Shown piece by piece: positions 49,827 through 59,533 of a stretch of 64,000 bases of DNA. The stretch is taken from the NCBI GenBank assembly GCA_965203805.1, contig OZ241917.1, forward strand, positions 1,632,001-1,696,000, in the 5' to 3' direction. Each line of letters starts with the position of its first letter. The stretch's first letter is position 1. Made by a program: the position numbers and the translations under genes. The notes below the pieces were generated by a model that saw nothing but the letters and a program-made list of their open reading frames with translations, had not been told where the DNA came from and made no database searches. The DNA is from Candidatus Latescibacterota bacterium. Lineage in GTDB: Bacteria; Latescibacterota; UBA2968; GCA-2709665.

Positions 49827-52106
49827 CTACTTCTTTGCACCATATCTCTTCAGCAGTGACCCGATGTCTACATCCTCCGAGTCTATGCGAGCGTACTCCT
49901 TCCTGCCCTGCGGTTCCTCGCTCCAGGCCAGAGGCGTCGCCCATTCCGCGCCCGCCAGGTTCGGATCGGCTTCCGCCTCCAGCATGAACCTGGCAAGTTC
50001 GGGCCATTCATAGAGCACTGCCATGGCCAGGGGCGTCGATTGCCTCTCTCCGCCCAGAACGTTTATCTCCGCACCGTGTTTCAGCAGCTTCTCTGCAAAC
50101 ACGATCCGGTCCCTCTCAGTGACGTGCCACGTGATCTCCGCAGTCCAATGCAGGGGTGTCAAGCCGCTTACTTTCGCACGGGCATTTGGATCGAATCCTC
50201 CTTCAAGGAGAAGCTCGAAGCACTCGTAAAAGTGCTCCACACACGCCTTTCCCGGATTGCCGGGACACCGCAGCCTCCACATGCGCATGGCCTGGCACAA
50301 CACGTCGTGCATTTCGCTCTCCGTAAAACTCGGACTCTGTGAGAGGCAGACTGCCACCAGGTCCGGATGCCCGCCGTGGACGGCTCCCTTCAGGACCTCC
50401 TTTGCACACGATGGATCGGAACTTACGAGCGCGGCATCGACGGAGACATTGTCGCTGTTCGCGGCGTAGAATCCTGGAGAGGCACCGTCGTCGAACCCGG
50501 GAAATGCCCCATGTCGCAGCAACAGTTTCTCCATCGCGTCGTTCCCGTTCGCGATCGCCCAGTTCAAGGCGTTGCCGGACGCATCCATCACGGTATGCGC
50601 CGATGCCCCGTGCTCCAGGAGCAGCACTGCCATCTCCAGATCGTCATTGAGAGCCGCGGCGTGCAGCGGCGCGCCTCGCTCGGCCACGGGATAGCCTTCG
50701 TACTTGTCATACGGTGTATCCGGGTCCGCACCCCGTTCCAGGAGGAGGCGCACCACCTCGAGGTGTCCCTTGTCGGCGGCAATCGAGATCGGATACGCGT
50801 CCATTCCAGGATAGTTCCGGGCCCAGTCGTTCACGGCTTCGGGATTGGCATCCAGAATTCTCCGCGCCCCGTCTACGTCGCCGATGGCGCAGGCAACCCA
50901 CAGGTCGTATTCGGCGCCGTGTCCCAGCAGGATTCCGCCGATTACCGGCCACAGGGGGCTTGGCGGCGGGTCCCATCCGCGTTTGGGCCGCGGCCCTAGC
51001 GCGAGGTGGATGGCCTTCTTCCCGCGTGCGTTCACTTCGTTGGGTTCGGCCCCGCGAACCAGGAGTTCCGTGACCACCGGGATATGATGGTATTCCACGG
51101 CGACGTGAAGTGCCGTATTCCCTGACTTGTCTACTCCGTGAATCGCGGAGGGGTCACCATCGAGCAGCTGTCTTACCGCTTCAACATCGCCCTTGCCCGC
51201 GGCCTGGCAAAGGGCGATTCCCAACTCAGTCTCACCGGTCCGCCTGGCTCGCCATTCCTCCATTGACGCGACCACATCTGCATGACCCTTGCTTCGGGCC
51301 ATATCCAAAGCCGAAACCCGCTCTCCATATGTTACCCTGGTGGGACTGGCGCCGGCGTTCAGCAGGTGCTCGACAACCGCCAGGTGTCCCTCCCGTGCCG
51401 CGTAGTGTATGGCCTGATACCCCTGTTCGCCGTCTCGGTGCGCCAGCTCCGGCTTCTTCTCCAGGATGGCCTTGATTCGATCCAGATCTCCCTCCTGAGC
51501 GGCGTTGCAGATTCCGACTACACTGACGAAAGCATCGTCCTGGGAAGGCGCGTTTTTGCGCAACTCTCTCTTCGCCATTGCGAGTAACCCCTTTTCAAGG
51601 CGCTTCCGCGCCGATCGCAGCCGGTTGTTGACCGTGTCCGGCGAGACCTGCAGAAACGCTGCAATCTCTTGATGAGAATGAGCACCCATGTAGAACATCG
51701 TCGTGACCGCACGTTCCGTCTCTGGGAGCGCGTCAACCGCGTTCTGAATCTGGACCCTCATTTCCTGCGCTTCCAATTCATCCAGCGGTGAAGGACTGCC
51801 TGACGGAACATCGTGCACGTCTTCGATCGGAACCATTTCCGGGCGCTTCTGCCTCGCGAACTGAGTGCAACAGGACCAAACTATCGCTTTGAACCAACCG
51901 GGGAAGGCTTCAGGACTTCGCAGATCCTCCAATTTACGGTACGCGATCAGAAACGCTTCCTGCGCGGCATCTTCTGCCAGGTGGAAGTCCCCCAGTATGC
52001 TGTAGGCATACCCCGCAGCCATGTCTTGAAACCGTAACACGACACCCTCATAGGCACGCAGGTTTCCAGATTTGACTGCACGCAATAGGTCGGATAGTCT
52101 ATCCAC
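49827..52106 (-). CDS. ECF sigma-70 factor fused to multiple ankyrin repeats
   Basis: AEDAAQEAF, SHQEIAAFL..TVNNRLRSAR; GNTALHVA, APLHAAA, GLTPLHW. Confidence 0.88.
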   Translation of the reverse strand: MDRLSDLLRAVKSGNLRAYEGVVLRFQDMAAGYAYSILGDFHLAEDAAQEAFLIAYRKLEDLRSPEAFPGWFKAIVWSCCTQFARQKRPEMVPIEDVHDVPSGSPSPLDELEAQEMRVQIQNAVDALPETERAVTTMFYMGAHSHQEIAAFLQVSPDTVNNRLRSARKRLEKGLLAMAKRELRKNAPSQDDAFVSVVGICNAAQEGDLDRIKAILEKKPELAHRDGEQGYQAIHYAAREGHLAVVEHLLNAGASPTRVTYGERVSALDMARSKGHADVVASMEEWRARRTGETELGIALCQAAGKGDVEAVRQLLDGDPSAIHGVDKSGNTALHVAVEYHHIPVVTELLVRGAEPNEVNARGKKAIHLALGPRPKRGWDPPPSPLWPVIGGILLGHGAEYDLWVACAIGDVDGARRILDANPEAVNDWARNYPGMDAYPISIAADKGHLEVVRLLLERGADPDTPYDKYEGYPVAERGAPLHAAALNDDLEMAVLLLEHGASAHTVMDASGNALNWAIANGNDAMEKLLLRHGAFPGFDDGASPGFYAANSDNVSVDAALVSSDPSCAKEVLKGAVHGGHPDLVAVCLSQSPSFTESEMHDVLCQAMRMWRLRCPGNPGKACVEHFYECFELLLEGGFDPNARAKVSGLTPLHWTAEITWHVTERDRIVFAEKLLKHGAEINVLGGERQSTPLAMAVLYEWPELARFMLEAEADPNLAGAEWATPLAWSEEPQGRKEYARIDSEDVDIGSLLKRYGAKK

Positions 52107-52242
52107 TGCCGTTCCTTCGAGAAGGTCCTCTATTCTAAAGGAGGCACCCGAGGCATGGAATTGGTAGAAAAAAGGGAAAGAAGTGCGAATAGGAAGAGCT
52201 GTACTTACTGTGAGGAGCTCTCACAGCGATCTTGCCAATGCC

Positions 52243-52381
52243 GCATAACGGTCTTGCGGTGTGCGAACCCTGCCGTCCCGAAGGACTGCGTTGCGTTCGC
52301 GCCTCTCAGCAAATGACGTTACAGAGGTGAGGTTGAGTCGGAGGGAGCGAAGCGACCGGAGCGCAAGGCCGCGTGTTACAC
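52243..52381 (-). repeat. attC-like site (long type)
   Basis: GCATAAC...GTTACAC. Confidence 0.75.
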
Positions 52382-52539
52382 GCTTGCGGCGCGCCCCTTC
52401 CACGGCGAATCCCTCAACGGGGCTGAAATAAAGTGCACACCATAGACAGGTGGCTTCCTGCTTTTTCGTCTTGTTTCTAATGAAAATCAGGCGCCCGTCA
52501 ATAGCACCCAGGAAAGAAACAGAGTTTGAACTTCGCCCG

Positions 52540-53034
52540 TTAGATGGGGTTCGCCTTGAAGAGTCGGAAAAGGTCACCTTTACCGGGACGTTCGGATGTC
52601 AAAATCAGCATCAACTTTGCCAGCAGGTCAGCCCGGTCGAAACGTTTGAATTCCGGGTACAGCCCGATACGCCAATGGAGATAAGCTTCAAGCTGGTTCA
52701 CATCAGGGAAGATCTGTCTGGCCGCAAGGAATTCTGCTTGCAGGGCACGACGATGTGCGTAGGCATGCGAGCGTGAGGCCAGTTTGTGCTGGATTTCCAC
52801 CTGCTCGTGCAGTGCGATTAAGTGCGCGTACTGCTCATCGAATTCGATTAAATCCGCCGGGATGTAAATCGTTCCTGTTTCGTCGTAGAAAACGAGATCG
52901 GGTGTATTGCCTCTATAGCGAAACACCGAATAGGAGAGGGCAAGGTCTGCCACGACTGCCTGCTCAGTGCGGATGACGTTTTGCTTAATCGCGTCGAGCG
53001 TCTTGGTAGCTTCCGGATGTGGCAATCGAAGCAT
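52540..53034 (-). CDS. Hypothetical cassette protein (copy 2)
   Basis: Near-identical to 14826..15320. Confidence 0.7.
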   Translation of the reverse strand: MLRLPHPEATKTLDAIKQNVIRTEQAVVADLALSYSVFRYRGNTPDLVFYDETGTIYIPADLIEFDEQYAHLIALHEQVEIQHKLASRSHAYAHRRALQAEFLAARQIFPDVNQLEAYLHWRIGLYPEFKRFDRADLLAKLMLILTSERPGKGDLFRLFKANPI

Positions 53035-53127
53035 ACGTAAGGTCTCTTCGGTGGGATGTGTTCTGGGTTTCTGCTCTTGTGCACGATTTGCAGGGGTGTG
53101 GTGGTTGGGTCGTCCTGCGCCGCTTGC

Positions 53128-53220
53128 GTGTAACGTCTAAGCATCACGAACCTGCCGGTGATTTTTCGGGAGGTTGTGGACGGTGGGATTCCGGTGAGGT
53201 GCATAAAACTGGTGTTGCAC
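53128..53220 (-). repeat. attC-like site (degenerate)
   Basis: GTGTAAC...GTTGCAC. Confidence 0.6.
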
Positions 53221-53307
53221 GCTGTTTGGGGAGGCGTCGTCACTATCAGCATTTCCATCAGGACGACAGTCAAGCACGCGCCGTCACTCCGTTTTTTCTC
53301 CCATCTT

Positions 53308-55698
53308 TTATTCGTATCTCAAGGCGTCTATTGGATTGGCTCGTGCAGCTTTCAAGGCCTGATACGCGATGGTGATCAGAGTGACCACAAGCGCCGCTCC
53401 TGTACTCCCGATAAAATGGATGGGGCTTTGGTCAATCCGATAGGCGAAATTCTCAAGCCAACTGTTCAGGGTGTAATAAGCCATCGGATAAGCGATTAAA
53501 CTCGCCAACATTACGAGCATGAGAAACTCCCTTGCCAGCAAACTCACAATGCCAGTTTCTGTTGCGCCAAGAACTTTTCGAATGCCGATTTCCTTGGTGC
53601 GCACCTCGGCAGTGTAAGAAATGAGACCCAGCAAACCAAGACAGGCGATTGCGATTGCCAGACCGGCACTGAGGCTGCACAGACGTCCGAGCAGTCGCTC
53701 TTTGGCATAAACCGCAGCCAGTGCGTCATCCAAAAACTGATACACAAAGGGCCTTGTTGGATCGGCGGTCTTCCAGGCGGCTTTGGTGCGACTGAGCACA
53801 TCTTGGATATCGATGCCGACAATGCGCATGCTGACGTAGACCTGCTCATCGTAAATGGCGGGGATCAGAACAAGCGGGCCGATGGATACACGGAAGTTCT
53901 CGTAGTGGAAGTCTGCGAAAATGCCGATCACTTCCCAAGTCGCACCCCAGAATCGGACGGTGTCACCAGACCGAATACCCAGTAGCTTTGCTCCGGTTTG
54001 GTTGAGCATCACCCTCGTGGTGCCCCATTCATCGTCAACCGTCTGCACGTCGGTGGCAGCAAATGTTCGCCCTTCAATGACCGGAATTTCGTACACTTCA
54101 AAGAAATCCTCGTCTGTGTACAGGTAGGGCAAGAGGATTTCTTTGTCTATCCCGGCGGACCTTATCGATACAACGTCGTCGTATCGACTGCGGGGTTCAG
54201 CAGCCACAAGGGGCAGGTGCTGAAGCGAAACACCTTTGACTCCCGGCACCTGTAGCAGTCGTTCTTTCACGCGCCGACCGACCTTGTTGATACGTGGAAA
54301 CACGAGAAGCGCGTTCCGGTTGTATCCAGGATCTGCGGATGTCATATAACTCGTCTGTTCGACAATAACGAGGGTGGCGACGATGAGCGTGATTGTGACT
54401 GTAAATTGGAGAACGACAAGCCCCCTTCTGACCGCCCCGTGTCCAGACACAACTCCTCGGATGGGCTTTAGCGCGGATATCGGTGAAAACGATGAGATAA
54501 AAAGCGCGGGATAGCTTCCTGCAATGATGCCGACGCCTAAAGCAAAGGCGAACAGCAACGGCAGCGTGTCCATCCCGATGGAGAGGCTCGTGCCCATCAG
54601 GGCATTCGCGCCGGGCAACGCAAGCTTTATTATCCCCAACGCTGCGGCAAAGGCGAGCACCGTAACCAGGATAGATTCCCCCATGAACTGCACTACGAGT
54701 TGCCGCTGCTGAGCACCCACAACTCTTCGCATGCCGACCTCGCGCATCCTGCGAATGGACCGGGCAGTGGCGAGGTTCATAAAGTTGACGCAGGCCACGC
54801 CGACAATGAGAAGGCCGATGGCGGCTAGAGCGTAGCAGGTGTTCAGGTCGCCCTCAACCGCAAGGCCATAACGTTGACGGCCCTGGAGATACAGCTCGGT
54901 CAGGGGCGTCATTTCGATCCCCTTCCGCGAACCCTCCCGCCAATGCCGAAGAGCGAAGTCAGGTAACTTCGACCGAACAGATGCCGAAGACGCGCCCGGC
55001 TTGAGCAACACGTAGGTTTGGGTAATAAGCCATCCACCCCATGTCTCCCACATGGAATGCATCCTCGCAGGGTCCTTCTTGGGCCGCGTCATCGTGATGA
55101 AATCGGGAGAAAGGCCGGGAGTGCTTGTCTGGGGAGGATCTTCCAGGATGCCCGTGATCGTATATGTGTCTTCGAAGAACTTGGACTTGAGGAACACGGT
55201 CTTGCCCAGCGCCGGCGCATCGCCAAAGAGTCTTACGGCAAGACGCTTTGTGGCAAACGCTGAAAAAGGGGTTGCAAGATCACGCATCGGATCGCCTTTG
55301 ATGGTCTGGAAATCGAACACATGGAAGAACCGATCATCGACGACAATAACATGGGAGTTTGTGCCTTCCTGAGTCCCGACACTGACGTTCACACGGCGGC
55401 CTATAAACCGGGTGGCATCCTCAACCTCGGGTATCTCTTCCACAAGTGCAGGTCCCACCGGACCGTTCGCCGCGTAATGGTAGGCCACGTCGCCGTTCTC
55501 CTGTCGAAAGGAAGCCAAAACCCGATGGATGCGCTCGGCCTTCCTGTGGTGGCGGTCGTAGCTAAACTCGTGCTGAAGGTAGAGCAGAATAAGGGTACTG
55601 CATGTGAGACCAATAGCCAGACCAGCAATATTGATGAAAGAATATGCTTTTTGCTTCCAGAGATTTCTGTAAGCAACCCTCAGATAGTTTCTGAACAA
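53308..55698 (-). CDS. MacB/FtsX-type ABC transporter permease (duplicated domains)
   Basis: NYLRVAYRNL, REVGMRRVVGA, KEIGIRKVLGA, ANPIDALRYE. Confidence 0.92.
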   Translation of the reverse strand: MFRNYLRVAYRNLWKQKAYSFINIAGLAIGLTCSTLILLYLQHEFSYDRHHRKAERIHRVLASFRQENGDVAYHYAANGPVGPALVEEIPEVEDATRFIGRRVNVSVGTQEGTNSHVIVVDDRFFHVFDFQTIKGDPMRDLATPFSAFATKRLAVRLFGDAPALGKTVFLKSKFFEDTYTITGILEDPPQTSTPGLSPDFITMTRPKKDPARMHSMWETWGGWLITQTYVLLKPGASSASVRSKLPDFALRHWREGSRKGIEMTPLTELYLQGRQRYGLAVEGDLNTCYALAAIGLLIVGVACVNFMNLATARSIRRMREVGMRRVVGAQQRQLVVQFMGESILVTVLAFAAALGIIKLALPGANALMGTSLSIGMDTLPLLFAFALGVGIIAGSYPALFISSFSPISALKPIRGVVSGHGAVRRGLVVLQFTVTITLIVATLVIVEQTSYMTSADPGYNRNALLVFPRINKVGRRVKERLLQVPGVKGVSLQHLPLVAAEPRSRYDDVVSIRSAGIDKEILLPYLYTDEDFFEVYEIPVIEGRTFAATDVQTVDDEWGTTRVMLNQTGAKLLGIRSGDTVRFWGATWEVIGIFADFHYENFRVSIGPLVLIPAIYDEQVYVSMRIVGIDIQDVLSRTKAAWKTADPTRPFVYQFLDDALAAVYAKERLLGRLCSLSAGLAIAIACLGLLGLISYTAEVRTKEIGIRKVLGATETGIVSLLAREFLMLVMLASLIAYPMAYYTLNSWLENFAYRIDQSPIHFIGSTGAALVVTLITIAYQALKAARANPIDALRYE

Positions 55699-55799
55699 AA
55701 CACGCTCACATTTTTACGTGAAAGACAGGTTTAGTTGTGGTTATTGCTAGCCATCTGCTTCTCTTTGAGGTGCCGGGGCAATTTCGGCCATCGTCCTCG

Positions 55800-55898
55800 C
55801 GCCTTGCGAACCTTGCCGATCTGACAGGACTGGCGCGCCGGTTGTCCTTCGCGTCTTCCAACACGCAACCGGCGTGACAGAGGCAAGGTTGCCCAAGG
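55800..55898 (-). repeat. Internal fragment of long-type attC-like site
   Basis: Matches 14560-14630 (cttcgcgtcttccaac..caaccggcgtgacagaggcaaggttgcc). Confidence 0.6.
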
Positions 55899-55901
55899 TA
55901 G

Positions 55902-56339
55902 CTATCGTATGGCCACGCTGTCTTCGGAATCAAGAGCGTCTGCAATCCGCTGCGCGTGTCCCCTCATAAGTGGCGGTAGTGCATCTTTGCCGAAGAATTC
56001 AAATCCATAGGTTTCCGGATTTGATTTGAACTCGCCCTCCGCTGATTTCGCCAGAAAAACCAGCGCTACAACCTGATACTGTGGCCCCAGGTGAAGGTAT
56101 AGTGAGTCGCCAGGGTCCGAGTATACGCCCGATAGTCCACAAATGTCTACCGCAAGCCCTGTTTCCTCTGCCACTTCTCGAAGAGCTGCATCGAGAATCC
56201 TTTCCCCAAGTTCCATAAATCCCCCAGGGAGAGCCCATTCGTTGTTGTCTTTGCGTTTGACCAAAAGGATCCAGCCTCGTTCATCGAGGATCACACATTC
56301 GGCGACGATTTTGGGTGTTATATGCTCATTGAAAGGCAT
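55902..56339 (-). CDS. NUDIX hydrolase
   Basis: WALPGGFMELGERILDAALREVAEETG. Confidence 0.88.
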   Translation of the reverse strand: MPFNEHITPKIVAECVILDERGWILLVKRKDNNEWALPGGFMELGERILDAALREVAEETGLAVDICGLSGVYSDPGDSLYLHLGPQYQVVALVFLAKSAEGEFKSNPETYGFEFFGKDALPPLMRGHAQRIADALDSEDSVAIR

Positions 56340-56543
56340 TCTAACCCCTCCTCTTCAACAGACGATGCTTTGCTAATTTGGATCCAAAGAGGCGGAACCA
56401 GGACAGCCACCTATACTCCACAACGCAACCGGAGACACCAGTATGGTCAATGATTATCCATTCTGAACACTCGATCAAGTGCCGTCCGACCGGCTTCTGA
56501 TACCCAAAACTGCGGTCGCCCATCCATTCCCGCCGTCGACGCG

Positions 56544-57290
56544 TCACCTTTCCCCCCACCGATTCCGCAGTTCGATGACAGTCAGCATGGTCATCTCTCC
56601 CGTGGGCTCCAGTCCGGCGTCAGCCTGGAACTTGCGCAACGCCTCCCGGGTGGCTGCGTTCAGTTCCCCGTCGACCGGTCCGATTTCGTATCCCAGTCCA
56701 TTCAGGATCATCTGCACCTCGTAGGTATGCTCGGGCCCGGCCGGCATATCGGACGCTTCTTCGGCTTCTTCGGGCTTCTCTTGAACCACCGCCGTATCCT
56801 CGGAGATCAGCACCCAGCGCAGGAGCCGGATCTCGAAGAAGACAGCCACGGTCGCGATCAACCACAGCAGGCCGAACAGCAGCGCGAACCCCCATCGTAT
56901 CGCCATGTCTCCTTCCGCAACAGCCGCGGGATCGGAGCGATCGAAGACTTCGGGCGCAAGCAGATAGCGCATGCACAACCAGAGTCCCGCGTGCACGAAC
57001 GCGAGGACGACCGGCGTGCGGACCGGCACCCTGAGCGGCGACCTCGCGGGGCGCCAGAACCGGGCGATCGCAAGGGTCCAGAAATCGACCAGCATCAGAA
57101 ACAGCGGCATTTCAGCGAGGAAACCCACGGCCCTGTCAGCGGTACCGGATTCCCGCGTCCATGCCCACCAGGCCGCGGCCAGAATCGCCGCCGCCAGCAC
57201 GAACGACGTGCCGACGCGAAGCAGGAGAGCGGTTCGTGAACGACCGGCTGTCGGCTCGGACGCGCCGGGTTCGGGTTGAAGACGGTTCAT
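56544..57290 (-). CDS. Membrane protein with C-terminal peptidoglycan-binding domain
   Basis: Four hydrophobic segments; LGYEIGPVDG..TREALRKFQ..GLEPTG. Confidence 0.75.
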   Translation of the reverse strand: MNRLQPEPGASEPTAGRSRTALLLRVGTSFVLAAAILAAAWWAWTRESGTADRAVGFLAEMPLFLMLVDFWTLAIARFWRPARSPLRVPVRTPVVLAFVHAGLWLCMRYLLAPEVFDRSDPAAVAEGDMAIRWGFALLFGLLWLIATVAVFFEIRLLRWVLISEDTAVVQEKPEEAEEASDMPAGPEHTYEVQMILNGLGYEIGPVDGELNAATREALRKFQADAGLEPTGEMTMLTVIELRNRWGER

Positions 57291-57406
57291 TGACAACACT
57301 CCGTATCGTGCGTTTTTGCTGTTAACCCTTCCGGGACACGGGTCACTTGGCTATATTGTAGAGTACACGACCGCACCGTGTCCAGCAAACAATCGGGCCA
57401 CGAACC

Positions 57407-59533
57407 ATGCGTCCCAAATCCGAAATCCTGGCTGTCGAACTGGTAGACGGCAACCGGATGGTGTATTATACGCGCGAAGGACGGGAGACCCATCCATTTT
57501 CGCCGTGGCTGCTGGTCGAGGCGCCGGAGGACTGCGACAGAGCCGGCCTCGAGGGCGTACGAAAAATCGCGCGTCTCAGGGGCGCGGGACAGCTTCGTTA
57601 TCTGGTCCAACTCCACTCCTGGAACGATTTTCTGGATGCCAGGGGAACACTGTCGGCAGACGGCATCACCCATTTCGACTTCAACAATCCCGTGAAGCAG
57701 CACCTGCTGCTTTCAGGAAACACGCTCTTTCGGGGCCTGCGTTACAACGAGACCCACCGGATGCAGCTGGATATCGAGACCACCGGCCTCAACCCCGAAG
57801 CCCCGGACGCGCGCATTATCCTGGTCGCGCTTTCCGACAACCGGAGCTACGAGGAGGTACTCGGCGCCGGGGAGATGTCCGAAGGCGCACTCCTCGAAGC
57901 CCTCAACCAGCGTATTCGAAGCCGCGATCCCGATATTGTCGAAGGCCACAACATATTCGACTTCGACCTCAACTATATCCGGGTCCGTGCGCGAGCCCTG
58001 AACATCGGCCTGCCCTGGGGTCGCGACGGCTCGGAACTGAAAGCCGGGAACGGCATGCGCCGGTACAGGGTCGCCGCCCGCAGCCGCACCTTTCGCCCGG
58101 CTTTTATCCACGGCCGTCACATCATCGACACCTATCATCAGGTCCAGCGATACGACATCGGCGGGCGTCTGGAGAGTTACGGCCTGAAAAACGTCATTCG
58201 TGCGCTGGGCCTGGAGCGCGCGGGCCGGGTGTTCGTCGAAGGAGCCGAAATCGGGAAGGCGTGGCGGACCGATCCCGGCCGGGTGGTGGACTATGCGCTG
58301 GACGACGTCCGCGACGTACGTGCGTTAAGCGAAATGGTCGCCACAACAGAATTCTACCAGACCCAGGTGCTGCCTTACCGGTTTCAGGAAGCCGCGATTA
58401 CCGGACCGGGCGAGAAGATCAACGCCCTGATGATCGGCGCCTATCTCAGGCGGGGCCTCGCCGTTCCGCGACCTCAGCGCTCGGAGCCGTTCGGGGGCGG
58501 ATATACCGAGTTGTTTGCCTCGGGCATTTTCAACCGGGTTGTCAAGGCCGACGTGGAGAGCCTCTACCCTTCCATCATGCTAAAGTACGGCATACGTCCC
58601 GGTTCCGATACGGAAAACGTGTTCCTGCCCATGTTGCAGCGCCTGACCGAGCGACGCCTCAAGGCCAAATCCAGCCTGAATGACGCCGAAACCGATGCCG
58701 ACAGGTCCTACTGGGACGGCGTTCAGGGAAGTTACAAGGTCCTGATCAACTCGTTCTACGGATACCTGGCGTACGGAAGGGCGAACTTCAATGACTACTC
58801 GGCGGCTGCGCGGATCACAAAACACGGCCAGCAGATTGCGCGGCAGCTTGTGGCAATGCTCAGGGAAAGGAACGCCGGGCTCATCGAAGCCGATACCGAC
58901 GGCGTGTATTTCGTCGTCCCCCCCGGGATCGATACGGAACGGGACGAGCACGACTTCGTTGACGCGCTGTCCGGAGAACTGCCGGAGGGCATTCACCTTT
59001 CCCACGACGGCAGGTTCCGGGGTATGATCAGCCTCAAAGCCAAGAACTACATTCTGATCGACTTCAGCGGACGCCTGATCATCAAGGGCAGCAGCTTGCG
59101 CAGCCGGCGTGATGAGCGTGTATTCCGTGAATTCGTCAGGAAACTCGCCCCGCTGTTGATCAACCGGCAGTCCGGCGCCGCGTCTGCCCTGTACATGGAA
59201 TTCGCCGACCGCCTTCAGGCGGGCCAATTCGACCGCGGGGAATTCTGTCGCAGGGAAACCGTTACGGAGAAGACATTCGCGAATCCGAACCTGCGCCGGC
59301 TGGCGGCTGCCGCGGAGGGATGTGAAGCGGGGGAAAGGATTGCCGTCTATCAGAAAGATGACGGCAGCCTCGCGCGAATCGAAAACTACGCGAATGATGA
59401 AGACCGGGGCTATCTTCTGCGACGACTGCACGACATGGCCGGGCGCTTCCGCGGCCTCTTCGGCGAGACCGAATTCGATCGGCTCTTTCCACTCCGGAAA
59501 CAATCCGCGGGTGAACAGCTCAGTCTGTTCTAG
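57407..59533 (+). CDS. polB: Family B DNA polymerase with 3'-5' exonuclease
   Basis: DIETTG, GHNIFDFD, YALDD; DVESLYPS, KVLINSFYGY, DTDG. Confidence 0.9.
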   Translation: MRPKSEILAVELVDGNRMVYYTREGRETHPFSPWLLVEAPEDCDRAGLEGVRKIARLRGAGQLRYLVQLHSWNDFLDARGTLSADGITHFDFNNPVKQHLLLSGNTLFRGLRYNETHRMQLDIETTGLNPEAPDARIILVALSDNRSYEEVLGAGEMSEGALLEALNQRIRSRDPDIVEGHNIFDFDLNYIRVRARALNIGLPWGRDGSELKAGNGMRRYRVAARSRTFRPAFIHGRHIIDTYHQVQRYDIGGRLESYGLKNVIRALGLERAGRVFVEGAEIGKAWRTDPGRVVDYALDDVRDVRALSEMVATTEFYQTQVLPYRFQEAAITGPGEKINALMIGAYLRRGLAVPRPQRSEPFGGGYTELFASGIFNRVVKADVESLYPSIMLKYGIRPGSDTENVFLPMLQRLTERRLKAKSSLNDAETDADRSYWDGVQGSYKVLINSFYGYLAYGRANFNDYSAAARITKHGQQIARQLVAMLRERNAGLIEADTDGVYFVVPPGIDTERDEHDFVDALSGELPEGIHLSHDGRFRGMISLKAKNYILIDFSGRLIIKGSSLRSRRDERVFREFVRKLAPLLINRQSGAASALYMEFADRLQAGQFDRGEFCRRETVTEKTFANPNLRRLAAAAEGCEAGERIAVYQKDDGSLARIENYANDEDRGYLLRRLHDMAGRFRGLFGETEFDRLFPLRKQSAGEQLSLF

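Larger units (their letters stand above)
2335..56345 (-). mobile_element. Integron-type gene cassette array without an integrase in the window (CALIN-like)
   Basis: About 30 attC-like repeats separating mostly single minus-strand ORFs; complementary core sites at cassette ends; TA cassettes; no tyrosine recombinase ORF in the track. Confidence 0.88.

Noticed and set aside
2335-56345. CRISPR array interpretation of the repeats
   Set aside because: Repeats are long and variable, separated by whole genes; no cas genes
56336-56540. attI site and Pc promoter
   Set aside because: Only an imperfect GTTAGAA core, with no adjacent intI; cannot be supported
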